22,780 nt of DNA from a virus, in IMG/VR virus record IMGVR_UViG_3300020165_000005, positions 1 to 22,780 of that record; one strand, 5' to 3'. Shown here piece after piece: positions 5,662 through 13,229 of this stretch (positions are counted from its first letter, which is position 1; each line of letters opens with the position of its first letter). The notes below the pieces were generated by a model. The model saw only the letters and a list, made by a program, of their open reading frames with translations, was not told the DNA's origin and made no database searches. The translations under genes were made by a program, and so were the position numbers.

Positions 5662-5688
5662 AAAAAAAGGCCCCCACGTTTGGAGGCC
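5662..5688 (-). terminator. Rho-independent terminator ending the structural/lysis operon
   Basis: Minus-strand RNA GGCCUCCA-AACG-UGGGGGCC (8 bp including one G.U pair), followed by UUUUUUU. The same position is a C.A mismatch on the plus strand, so the hairpin is better on the minus strand. Confidence 0.75.
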
Positions 5689-5739
5689 CCTTCATTTTTT
5701 TAACAGGGATAAATCCCACAATTCTAAACCGTGACAAAT

Positions 5740-5913
5740 CTACGACTTATTCCGCCGCTTTGTACGTCCTAGAACAATCGCGTTAATGATCCGCTTTAAT
5801 ACGTCTACGATTTTATCGTCCTTTTCCGTTTCGGTAAGTGCGGTAACTGTGCCCGCTGCTGTCAAGATCGCCAGTGCAATCTCAGACCAATACATTTTTG
5901 CAAGTTCTAACAT
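5740..5913 (-). CDS. Small membrane protein (57 aa), holin-like; below the ORF-track size cutoff
   Basis: MLELAKMYWSEIALAILTAAGTVTALTETEKDDKIVDVLKRIINAIVLGRTKRRNKS. One hydrophobic helix, then an amphipathic segment and a basic tail. ATG at 5913, TAG at 5740-5742, 22 nt after the upstream stop. Confidence 0.5.
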   Translation of the reverse strand: MLELAKMYWSEIALAILTAAGTVTALTETEKDDKIVDVLKRIINAIVLGRTKRRNKS

Positions 5914-5935
5914 GGTTCAAATGTACGCAAAAGGG

Positions 5936-6649
5936 TCAAAGCGGCATTAGGCAATTGATCGCAGTATGCCCACCAATTACCACGCCGCAACCTATTGCCT
6001 GCTTTTTATAGTGCTTGGCATATGCCGCCGCGTACGTTTCGCGGTCGAGGCCGCAACCTACTTGCATACCAAATAACTTAGTTCGATTGCCAACCATCCA
6101 TTCCACATAAGCCTGTGTGTGTATATGCCCCTGCACCGTGCTTTGTAGGTCGTTCTTTGCCTTTGTGCGGGCTGTTCCGCCTTCGCCATGCACGTACTGC
6201 ACGCCATCGTACTCTATGCGCTCTGTCCAGTTCCAAGACGTACCCAACACTTCGTTGAATGACTTAATCCAAACGCTGGGAATGGATGAACTGAACGCCC
6301 TGCGCATTACTACGCGGTCATGATTTCCGATAATGCAATCGGCCACGGGAAATGCTATCCGCCATTTTTGCAGGTCTTCAATTGCACGCTCCAGTTCCGT
6401 CTTTGCGCTTTCTCCGTCCGGATCAGTTTCGTGCCTGCTGGTGGCGTGCGAGTCGACGAGGTCACCGATGAAGGTTACTTGATTGCACGCGTACTTATCG
6501 TAGGTTTCAAGGCAAAACTCAAAATATCCTTCTTTCTCAAAGGGGCAATGCAGATCACCAATGACCAGAATACGCCGCTCTTTGTTGCGTAGGAAATCCA
6601 GCGCTTTCTTTTGCTGGGCTGTGACTCGCGGGCGTATCGTGTTAATCAT
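5936..6649 (-). CDS. Calcineurin-like metallophosphoesterase
   Basis: Motif series GDLHCPF, GDLVD, GNHD, VHGEGG, QGHIH. The start overlaps the endolysin stop by 8 nt. Confidence 0.8.
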   Translation of the reverse strand: MINTIRPRVTAQQKKALDFLRNKERRILVIGDLHCPFEKEGYFEFCLETYDKYACNQVTFIGDLVDSHATSRHETDPDGESAKTELERAIEDLQKWRIAFPVADCIIGNHDRVVMRRAFSSSIPSVWIKSFNEVLGTSWNWTERIEYDGVQYVHGEGGTARTKAKNDLQSTVQGHIHTQAYVEWMVGNRTKLFGMQVGCGLDRETYAAAYAKHYKKQAIGCGVVIGGHTAINCLMPL

Positions 6650-7025
6650 ATAACCAAACTACGTCCTCCGTTTTTCCGTCATCGTCGTCCACATGGATAA
6701 AGGTGCGGCCTATGCCTATGCGGTTGAATCCCGCGTCATAAAGTGCGCCCAGGATATAACCCCGTGTGCGTTCATCTGGGCAGCTAATATCAGCCGCCAA
6801 GCCTTTTAAATGTGAACTGCTTTTTTTCCCTCCAACAGCTCGGTTGTGAGAGCTGCACCGAACGCCCGACGTTATAACAAAGCTCACGCCCGCTTTGTGG
6901 CGTGCGTCGTCTAGCATCAACAAAAAATCCAAATCCATCACGTCAATACCAAGGCCGTCAGAATGAGCGCGGCATTTCTTGCACTTGCAATCGAATTCTT
7001 CGTATCTAAAATACCTCAGTTCCAT
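6642..7025 (-). CDS. Endolysin, peptidase M15 (zinc D-Ala-D-Ala carboxypeptidase-like / L-Ala-D-Glu peptidase type)
   Basis: 127 aa. The segment SGVRCSSHNRAVGGKKSSSHLKGLAADI ... FIHVDDD gives the H..D..H zinc-ligand pattern of M15 phage lysins. Confidence 0.85.
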   Translation of the reverse strand: MELRYFRYEEFDCKCKKCRAHSDGLGIDVMDLDFLLMLDDARHKAGVSFVITSGVRCSSHNRAVGGKKSSSHLKGLAADISCPDERTRGYILGALYDAGFNRIGIGRTFIHVDDDDGKTEDVVWLYD

Positions 7026-7138
7026 ATCATCGAACAGGCTGCAACAAAGATTATAATATCAGCAACGTCCGCACGGCCATACTCGCGCGCCTTATACGTT
7101 GCGTTTACCAATACCGTCGCTAATATAATCCAAATCAT
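7016..7138 (-). CDS. Tiny hydrophobic protein (40 aa) in the lysis cassette; not in the ORF track
   Basis: MIWIILATVLVNATYKAREYGRADVADIIIFVAACSMIWN. Its ATG forms an ATGA overlap with the upstream stop (7135-7138). Its TGA (7016-7018) overlaps the endolysin start by 8 nt. Confidence 0.4.
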   Translation of the reverse strand: MIWIILATVLVNATYKAREYGRADVADIIIFVAACSMIWN

Positions 7139-7338
7139 TTTTGCAGTTTTGCAAGCATTAACTCGATTTTGTGGACGGATGCCAGCAGTTCTTTCATGTC
7201 GCTCTTTATCTCGTTGCTGTCAATCTCCAGCTGGATCACGCGGCTTTTGAGGCGTGCCACCGTGCTGTTGAGGTTCACCCATACACCTACCAAACCAGCC
7301 ACCACCGGCGCAACCATTGCAACAAATTCCCATTCCAT
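7135..7338 (-). CDS. Membrane protein with an N-terminal TM helix and a coiled-coil tail (holin or spanin-like)
   Basis: From the ATG at 7338 (TGATG overlap with the upstream gene): MEWEFVAMVAPVVAGLVGVWV, then LKSRVIQLEIDSNEIKSDMKELLASVHKIELMLAKLQK. Confidence 0.5.
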   Translation of the reverse strand: MEWEFVAMVAPVVAGLVGVWVNLNSTVARLKSRVIQLEIDSNEIKSDMKELLASVHKIELMLAKLQK

Positions 7339-9656
7339 CACTTTTCCTTTTTCTGTATGATATACCAATTCGAATTATGGCACAAGATAGTAATGCCATC
7401 ATAAGCACGATTGAAATCGTAGGACGTTGCGCCGTCGATAGTTACGCCTGAATCCCCTGTATTCGGTCGCAGGCTTACGTATTGATTTGCCGCTATTGTG
7501 CCATCGCTATGGAACTGAATGCTGCGCCCTTCGTTATCTGCAACCAGCGGCAAATAAATAATGCTTGCACCGTTACCGCCTGTCCATGTGTTCATGATCA
7601 TGTAATCAATCGGCCGCACGTTGTACGTTGTGCCTGTTCGATTCGTCACGGTAGCGGTTCTATACTGCACGCGCGAGCCGTAACTGTCTTCACCAATCAG
7701 CAGCGTCCTATTTAGCGCCTCCGTTGCACCTGTCACGCCTAGGCTAGGATTGTGGGTTATCGGGTCAACCACGTCGATAGCGTCGCCTATGGCCGTCGTA
7801 ACGGTCGAAGCATCCCGCGCAACTAGAAACGCCTCTAGCTCAGTTTCAACGGATCGCGCTGTGAATGTAAATTGAAATAATGCAAAGTCGCCAGCTGTGT
7901 CGTCCAGCACTTGCCACATCTTTAAATCACTTCCATATACTGAGCCGCGTTGTATCGGTGTGCTGATCCGCTGGCCTGCTAATATCTCTTGCACTCCTAA
8001 ACGGTTAATGCCTACGCCTGTGCCTGTGTAGTTTAAACTTTGCCATTGGGTTACCGGTACGGCATTGAAGCCCACGTTCACGCGAATAACCCCATCAGCG
8101 TTCTGTGTTTCACCGTCACCAAACAAGCACACGCCTTGATCAATTTCGGCGCGGGCCGTGTCGCTGTTGGTAGCTGTAAAAACAACCTCATCGCCTAGCG
8201 CATTATTGCCCAGGAGGTCAGCACGCAATACCGAAATTTTAAAATCTGCTGCCGAAGTGCTTACTAGGTTACTATCGAATGCGCCATCGTCATCGATGCC
8301 GACAATGGTAACAGTTAAATCCATGCCGGTTTGGTCACTTGGTAGCGCTGGCGTATTGATCACAATGGGCATGGTAATTTCACCGCCTTCGTTCCTGTTG
8401 AATACGTAGCTAACGACTTCATAATATTCGGGCGTTGCCGTCCATTGTGGAGTACTGTAAACGTGCGAAGTGTATTCGAGTACGCCGTCATCCAACGCAC
8501 CGAGCTGAAAATCTAAAGTCGTTTCCGTAAACTGTGCATCCCGTTGCAGGTACTGCGTGCCAACCTTAACAAGGAAGCGAAGCATCACACGCGCCACAAG
8601 GTCGTCGCCGGTAGCTACGCCGTCGCCAGCATACTCATAATTGAATGTGCCAGTGATTAAAAACTCTGTGTCCTGCAAGTAGTCTATATCTGTATCCTCT
8701 AACGTGTTGCCAAATTCGGTTTCGGTATAAAGGTTATCGTATATGAGCGGATAGTTGCCATTGTATTTGCGCGTGCGTCGAACCTCTTTTAATGGTGCAA
8801 GGCCGCTATACTGGTATCCGCGTAGCCGCTCCAGTGTCGAATCAAATGCACGCGCTGCGTTAAAGCTGTCCTGTGTTATATCCGTGCCGTCTTTTTGTTT
8901 GCCTTCAACGGTTAGGGTAGTACTCGCCTGCTGCGCGCCCAAAGGCAAAAACCACCAAACGCCGTCACTCTGAAATAACCGCGCGTTAAATACCATGGTC
9001 AGGCTTTCGAGTATCTCAAAGGTTGAATAGTATTGATTGACTCCGTTGCTGTCTGGGTTGCCTAGCGACAAATTTGAAATGCCCGTGTCAATCAGCTGGT
9101 TGCTTCCCGTGTAATCTACCGCCTTAAAGTCATTGAGGTAATAAAGAAAGTTGTCCGTACTCCACAAGTGGGTCGCCCGTGTGCGGTTCAAACATATCAG
9201 CAGCAGCGTCGGCACATCTCCGCCGCCTGTCGAATCGTGCTTAATATATTGCAAATTACCAAGGTCGTCGGCTGCTGTTAGGGTGTTCTGGATCGGCTGG
9301 TAATCGTATGGCCGTGTGACCTGCTCCGGATACAATACCCCAAACCAATACGGACTATTTACCCCGTCCGGATCTTTGTACACGCTCACCGAAAAGCGTT
9401 GTTCGGGTGTCGTGGTGAGCAGGTCCATGAAGGTTGTATGTATGCTGGTTTCTTCTGTCAGCGTAAATGTCAACTCACTACCTATAACGCCCTGCATCCG
9501 GTCTTCATTGTTGCCGGTGTATGTCAATACGAAGCCATCGGCACCGAGCTTAAACGTGCCCGCCGTGCCGGTGAAATCTTCATCATGGATATTCACCCGG
9601 TAGTCCGTGCCCAGGTCATCGGTAAATTCTGCGTATAGTCGAATTGGATCAGCCAT
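7338..9656 (-). CDS. Large tail-tip / distal tail protein (772 aa); the only gene between the tape measure and lysis genes
   Basis: Assigned by position: immediately after the tape measure, with a TGATG overlap. No family recognised by eye. Confidence 0.5.
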   Translation of the reverse strand: MADPIRLYAEFTDDLGTDYRVNIHDEDFTGTAGTFKLGADGFVLTYTGNNEDRMQGVIGSELTFTLTEETSIHTTFMDLLTTTPEQRFSVSVYKDPDGVNSPYWFGVLYPEQVTRPYDYQPIQNTLTAADDLGNLQYIKHDSTGGGDVPTLLLICLNRTRATHLWSTDNFLYYLNDFKAVDYTGSNQLIDTGISNLSLGNPDSNGVNQYYSTFEILESLTMVFNARLFQSDGVWWFLPLGAQQASTTLTVEGKQKDGTDITQDSFNAARAFDSTLERLRGYQYSGLAPLKEVRRTRKYNGNYPLIYDNLYTETEFGNTLEDTDIDYLQDTEFLITGTFNYEYAGDGVATGDDLVARVMLRFLVKVGTQYLQRDAQFTETTLDFQLGALDDGVLEYTSHVYSTPQWTATPEYYEVVSYVFNRNEGGEITMPIVINTPALPSDQTGMDLTVTIVGIDDDGAFDSNLVSTSAADFKISVLRADLLGNNALGDEVVFTATNSDTARAEIDQGVCLFGDGETQNADGVIRVNVGFNAVPVTQWQSLNYTGTGVGINRLGVQEILAGQRISTPIQRGSVYGSDLKMWQVLDDTAGDFALFQFTFTARSVETELEAFLVARDASTVTTAIGDAIDVVDPITHNPSLGVTGATEALNRTLLIGEDSYGSRVQYRTATVTNRTGTTYNVRPIDYMIMNTWTGGNGASIIYLPLVADNEGRSIQFHSDGTIAANQYVSLRPNTGDSGVTIDGATSYDFNRAYDGITILCHNSNWYIIQKKEK

Positions 9657-11626
9657 CAGAATCCCCTTACTCGGTTTCGGTCGATTGCATTGCGCTCACT
9701 TGTTAGCAGTATATCACGGCCTGAAATCTTGCCGGTCACCTGTACGCTTTGCCCGCCTATCATGCTTTGCAATTTATCCAGCGGCGCAATTACTTCAGGG
9801 TTATGCTGTGCGCCTGAATACTCACCCACCTGCGCAATGACCGGCCCGCTGACAATGCCACCGCTGGCCATCTGTGGAATACCAAAGCCGCCGCCTATAA
9901 ACTTACCGAGTCCGCCCTTTACTAAACTACTGCCGGGCATAAGCACGGATAGAATGGCGAATTGAGCAATGAGCGAAGCCAGTTGGATCAACATCTGCTT
10001 AATTATATCGCGCATGACTTCCTCAAATGTTGCCGTTCCTGCTATGATGCTTTTAAATGTGCTATCAATGAAGTTGGCCATGCTTCCGGCAATGCTGTTA
10101 ATTTGGTTCTTTACCAGGTTCGTCCGTTCAATGACCTTATCAATATCCTCTTCGTCAAGATCTGCATCGTCTATAAATTCAATGTCTTCGAATTCTAGAT
10201 CAGCCCGAACGGTCACGGTTTCCGTTTGTGTTGGTGTTACCGTAGCACCTGCACCGCCGCCGCCGCCGCTAATGGCTGACGGTATTAAATTAGTCAAGCC
10301 GCCCAATGTACTTAACGCGTTGGCTACGCTTTCCTTTGTAACCAACTCCAGCGGCTCACGCTCAAGCTCTGTGTTGACTGCCGTTGTAAAGTCCTCGGCT
10401 GCCTTTGCGCCAAACGTAGCCATACGATCCGCCGCGTTGGTGAATGCGTTGCTGATGGCGTCGCCTATGTTTGATAGGTCACCGCTAAGAACCGCGCTAA
10501 TGATTGCGCCAAGGTCTTGAAATGCGCCAATGACCGCATCCACAGCGAACAGGAAGAAATCAAACACCACTTGCACCGTGCCCTTGATCCCGCCAATGAT
10601 GCCACGCAAAAGGCTGGACTCATTGTAAAGCGTTATAAAGTAGTTAATGACGTCGGTAATGTATGGCGCTATCTCATCGGCAAAGGTTACGATCGCAATA
10701 CCCAAACCGACGACGGCAGCAATGACCAAACCAATAGGCGAAAGCAATGCCATAAAGCCCTGTATTAGTGACGGCAGTATGATAAGCAACGGGCCAAGTG
10801 CGGCCGCAATACCTGCACCGATTACCATGAATCTCTTAACCTCTGGGCTGAGGTTTTGGAATGTCGCCAGCATATTCTTAAGGCCGTCAATGACCGGCGG
10901 CAGAAACTCCATTATAATCTTACCAAATTCCTCTTGCAAATCACCAAATGAATTTGCCAGTTGCTTTAGTCCACCCGTGCCCGCCTTCGCTGCTGCCTCT
11001 GCGGATCCTCCGTATTGCTTTTCTAGCTCGTCAAGTATAACGGTTTGAGCCTCGGCAAGCCTACCGGATTCGGTCAAGCTTTTAATTACTTGCTTTTGGT
11101 CTTCGCTGAACTGAATACCCGACCGGCTCAACGCGCTCAGGTTTGCGATTGGATCATTCAACGCTTTACCCAATTGAATGGATGCGCTTTTTAGATCGCC
11201 ATCTAAACGCGTGGCAAGATCCAAAGCAACGGACTGCGTGCGGGCAAACTGATCGCCGGCAATGTTGGTAAACGTCAGCAGCTGCGAGGTTGCATCCTTT
11301 AGTATTTCTTCATCCCCGAATATCGTTTTCGTTTGCAGGTCGCTGGCCATCTGCTGCAACTGCTTAGAAGTATATCCAACGGTTGAACCGGTGGACTTCA
11401 AACCCGCCTCGACCTGTGCAATAGCTTTGGCTTGCTGGTCGAATGCTTTCACCGCTGTAAAGCCAAGCGCCGCAATCGGTGCGGTCAGCCCCATGGTCAT
11501 AGACTTGCCGAGCTTCTTGGTGTTCATACCAAAGCGCTGCATCTTTTTCATAGATGAGCCAAGCGCCTTATCAAATTGCTTTGTTTGCGCTCCTATCGTT
11601 ACGATTAAATCGTTCAGCTTTGCCAT
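9656..11626 (-). CDS. Tail tape measure protein
   Basis: 656 aa. Position after the G/GT chaperone genes. N-terminal TP901-type core style (MTMGLTAPIAALGF...QLLTFTNIAGDQF). Central hydrophobic Gly/Ala/Ile-rich block and a GGGGGAG tract. Confidence 0.85.
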   Translation of the reverse strand: MAKLNDLIVTIGAQTKQFDKALGSSMKKMQRFGMNTKKLGKSMTMGLTAPIAALGFTAVKAFDQQAKAIAQVEAGLKSTGSTVGYTSKQLQQMASDLQTKTIFGDEEILKDATSQLLTFTNIAGDQFARTQSVALDLATRLDGDLKSASIQLGKALNDPIANLSALSRSGIQFSEDQKQVIKSLTESGRLAEAQTVILDELEKQYGGSAEAAAKAGTGGLKQLANSFGDLQEEFGKIIMEFLPPVIDGLKNMLATFQNLSPEVKRFMVIGAGIAAALGPLLIILPSLIQGFMALLSPIGLVIAAVVGLGIAIVTFADEIAPYITDVINYFITLYNESSLLRGIIGGIKGTVQVVFDFFLFAVDAVIGAFQDLGAIISAVLSGDLSNIGDAISNAFTNAADRMATFGAKAAEDFTTAVNTELEREPLELVTKESVANALSTLGGLTNLIPSAISGGGGGAGATVTPTQTETVTVRADLEFEDIEFIDDADLDEEDIDKVIERTNLVKNQINSIAGSMANFIDSTFKSIIAGTATFEEVMRDIIKQMLIQLASLIAQFAILSVLMPGSSLVKGGLGKFIGGGFGIPQMASGGIVSGPVIAQVGEYSGAQHNPEVIAPLDKLQSMIGGQSVQVTGKISGRDILLTSERNAIDRNRVRGF

Positions 11627-12236
11627 TGGTCTCTTTCTAGTATTCGCTGCCTAAGTTCTTCCTTGTTAAGCTTACCGGCCTTGGCCTTTGGTTTCTCCCA
11701 TGGAAATTGCATTAGGTCCTTTGGCTGCAATTTACGCCCTTTTTTTAGGTGAGGCTGCATGATCATAGAACCGAGCCACCGCGTGCGCTCCCACTCCATC
11801 CGCTCACGTATCTCTTCGCTCTCACGGTTGGCGTCAAGTGCTAGGCTGACCTCGCCGAATGTCATTGACCAAAACGCAGAAGGGGATAGGCGCAATATGC
11901 CCATCCCCATCCGTATTATATCCGGCCAGCCTATCGGCTTGTCTGTGCCGTCTATGCTTTTTTTTCGCTGCTATATTCGCCGAGTGCGTCAAAGCATTGG
12001 GTGACGTGTTCCAGCGTGATGTGATCTTCGAACGTCATCAAATCCATATCGAATTCCTGACCTTCAAAGCTGCATCCACATTCAACGCCGACGAAGCAAA
12101 GAAAGGCGCAAGCGTCTGCGCTCAGCTTTGACGGATCGGATAGGCTGAACACATTCACTTTTGTTTTACGCTCAAACTTCTTCAGCGCCTTCATGCTGTA
12201 CCGCACTGGGTACTCCGTGCCGTTTACTTCAATCAT
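11614..12236 (-). CDS. Tail assembly chaperone GT fusion product via -1 programmed frameshift (about 207 aa)
   Basis: The -1 frame is open from the A8 run to the 11614..11910 ORF. That ORF carries GILRLSPSAFWSMTFGE, the T-segment-like LSP.EFW..T..E motif seen in GTA and siphovirus chaperones. The hand-translated junction is ...SSEKK|SIDGTDKPIGWPDIIRMGMGILRL... Confidence 0.7.
11952..12236 (-). CDS. Tail assembly chaperone (G-like, zero-frame product, 94 aa)
   Basis: Small acidic ORF directly after the major tail protein (ATGA overlap). It ends ...GAA AAA AAA GCA TAG. Confidence 0.7.
   Translation of the reverse strand: MIEVNGTEYPVRYSMKALKKFERKTKVNVFSLSDPSKLSADACAFLCFVGVECGCSFEGQEFDMDLMTFEDHITLEHVTQCFDALGEYSSEKKA
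11958..11965 (-). promoter_or_regulatory. Slippery run A AAA AAA (T8 on the plus strand) for the -1 frameshift
   Basis: Zero-frame codons are GAA AAA AAA GCA TAG. This gives the X XXY YYZ heptamer A AAA AAA, 2 codons before the G stop. Confidence 0.7.
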
Positions 12237-12646
12237 TCAGCTGTCTGTGTAATTGCGCCAGTCAATTCGAAAGTAGCTGAATAGGTTGCTGTATCTTCTG
12301 TGCCACCTGACTGCTCAAGGCTAGTGATAAAACCGTTGGCGCTATAATTGAAATCTTCTCCAACGACTGGAGTAGCTTTTGCAAACTTTAAAGCCAAAGC
12401 CGTGCGATTGTTCAAGGCTGTAAACAGATCGGAAACGTCTTTGTTTGCACTGTCGTTGTAATCAATCAAACCGCTGACGCTGATTGATCCAGACTTTACA
12501 CCACCGAGCAGCTCACGGAATCCCGCGCTGTCCTTTGTAGTGATGTCAATCGTTTCCATGTTTAAGGAAATCGAGCAATCTGTGGCCGCTGCGATCAGCG
12601 TGCTATCAATGTAAACTCCTAGTTCTGTACCGTTAAAAATGGCCAT
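12233..12646 (-). CDS. Major tail protein (TP901-1/phi13-like)
   Basis: 137 aa. The pattern ...CSISLNMETIDITTKDSAGFRELLGGVKSGSISVSGL...YSANGFITSLEQSGGTEDTATYSATFELTGA fits that family's s.s...e..d.T.kds.gw.e...g.ks.s.s..g and C-terminal tf.g.G motifs. It lies just upstream of the chaperone genes. Confidence 0.8.
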   Translation of the reverse strand: MAIFNGTELGVYIDSTLIAAATDCSISLNMETIDITTKDSAGFRELLGGVKSGSISVSGLIDYNDSANKDVSDLFTALNNRTALALKFAKATPVVGEDFNYSANGFITSLEQSGGTEDTATYSATFELTGAITQTAE

Positions 12647-12647
12647 T

Positions 12648-12815
12648 TTATTCTTCTGTTAATTCGTTATTATCTGAGTCCGTTTTTTTCTTTGGGGCGT
12701 CGAGGTATCCCTTTGCTTTAAGTTCTGCGGCAAAGTCAGAAGTGACTGACGGCGTTGCGCCTTTCTTCCAGTTGTTACCGCGTAGCTTGCACGCCTTTTG
12801 AATTGTGACCTTCAT
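12648..12815 (-). CDS. Small hypothetical protein (55 aa); below the ORF-track cutoff
   Basis: Hand translation: MKVTIQKACKLRGNNWKKGATPSVTSDFAAELKAKGYLDAPKKKTDSDNNELTEE. It fills what would otherwise be a 178-nt gap. Its TAA ends 1 nt before the major tail ATG. Confidence 0.45.
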   Translation of the reverse strand: MKVTIQKACKLRGNNWKKGATPSVTSDFAAELKAKGYLDAPKKKTDSDNNELTEE

Positions 12816-12824
12816 GGGTGCAAG

Positions 12825-13229
12825 TTAATCAATTTCAGGTTGATCTGGAAACCATCCGTTTTCATCCATGTATTCCTGTGTTCGGATCGTTGTATCGCTC
12901 GGTACGATATGCCCAAACGGGAACTTTTGATTCACTTGAACGTAACTGCTGAGGGAATAACGCTCATCATTCGAAAGCTCAGGGAAGCACGCAACAAGGC
13001 GTTCTAGCGTTGCCGCTGGGTGTACGTTTATAAGATACTCGGTGTCCACTTGCAAAGCGTTCTGTACTCCGTCAGGGTGTACCACGATACCAAACACGGC
13101 AGAATCTACTTCCCACTCTGCTTGTATGAGAACGGGGCGGCTGATGTTGTACAGCTCGCGGGTTATTTGCTTTGCCCGTGCTTCGCTTGTCTGCGTGTCC
13201 GTTGGTAGTACTATGATATATCCGTTCAT
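12825..13229 (-). CDS. Hypothetical protein (134 aa) downstream of the fibre gene
   Basis: ORF with a TGATG overlap to the upstream 952-aa gene. No family recognised. A fibre-assembly or neck accessory role is pure inference from position. Confidence 0.6.
   Translation of the reverse strand: MNGYIIVLPTDTQTSEARAKQITRELYNISRPVLIQAEWEVDSAVFGIVVHPDGVQNALQVDTEYLINVHPAATLERLVACFPELSNDERYSLSSYVQVNQKFPFGHIVPSDTTIRTQEYMDENGWFPDQPEID

Noticed and set aside
5457-5663. The 68-aa minus-strand ORF (MCPIKKMQKVAQMQKVA...)
   Set aside because: It starts inside the operon terminator hairpin and reads through the two direct repeats, which explains the repeated MQKVA. It is an alternate frame of the better-supported 74-aa ORF.
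9969-10520. Plus-strand ORFs in the six-frame track (for example 9969..10520 183 aa, 21890..22384 164 aa, 4925..5338 137 aa, 10647..11048, 16123..16515, 18267..18677, 15201..15708)
   Set aside because: Every one lies antisense to a minus-strand gene that has clear family motifs or tight operon coupling. Their products are low-complexity (Ser/Ala/Pro/Leu/Cys-rich) shadow translations. No plus-strand promoter or terminator context was seen.
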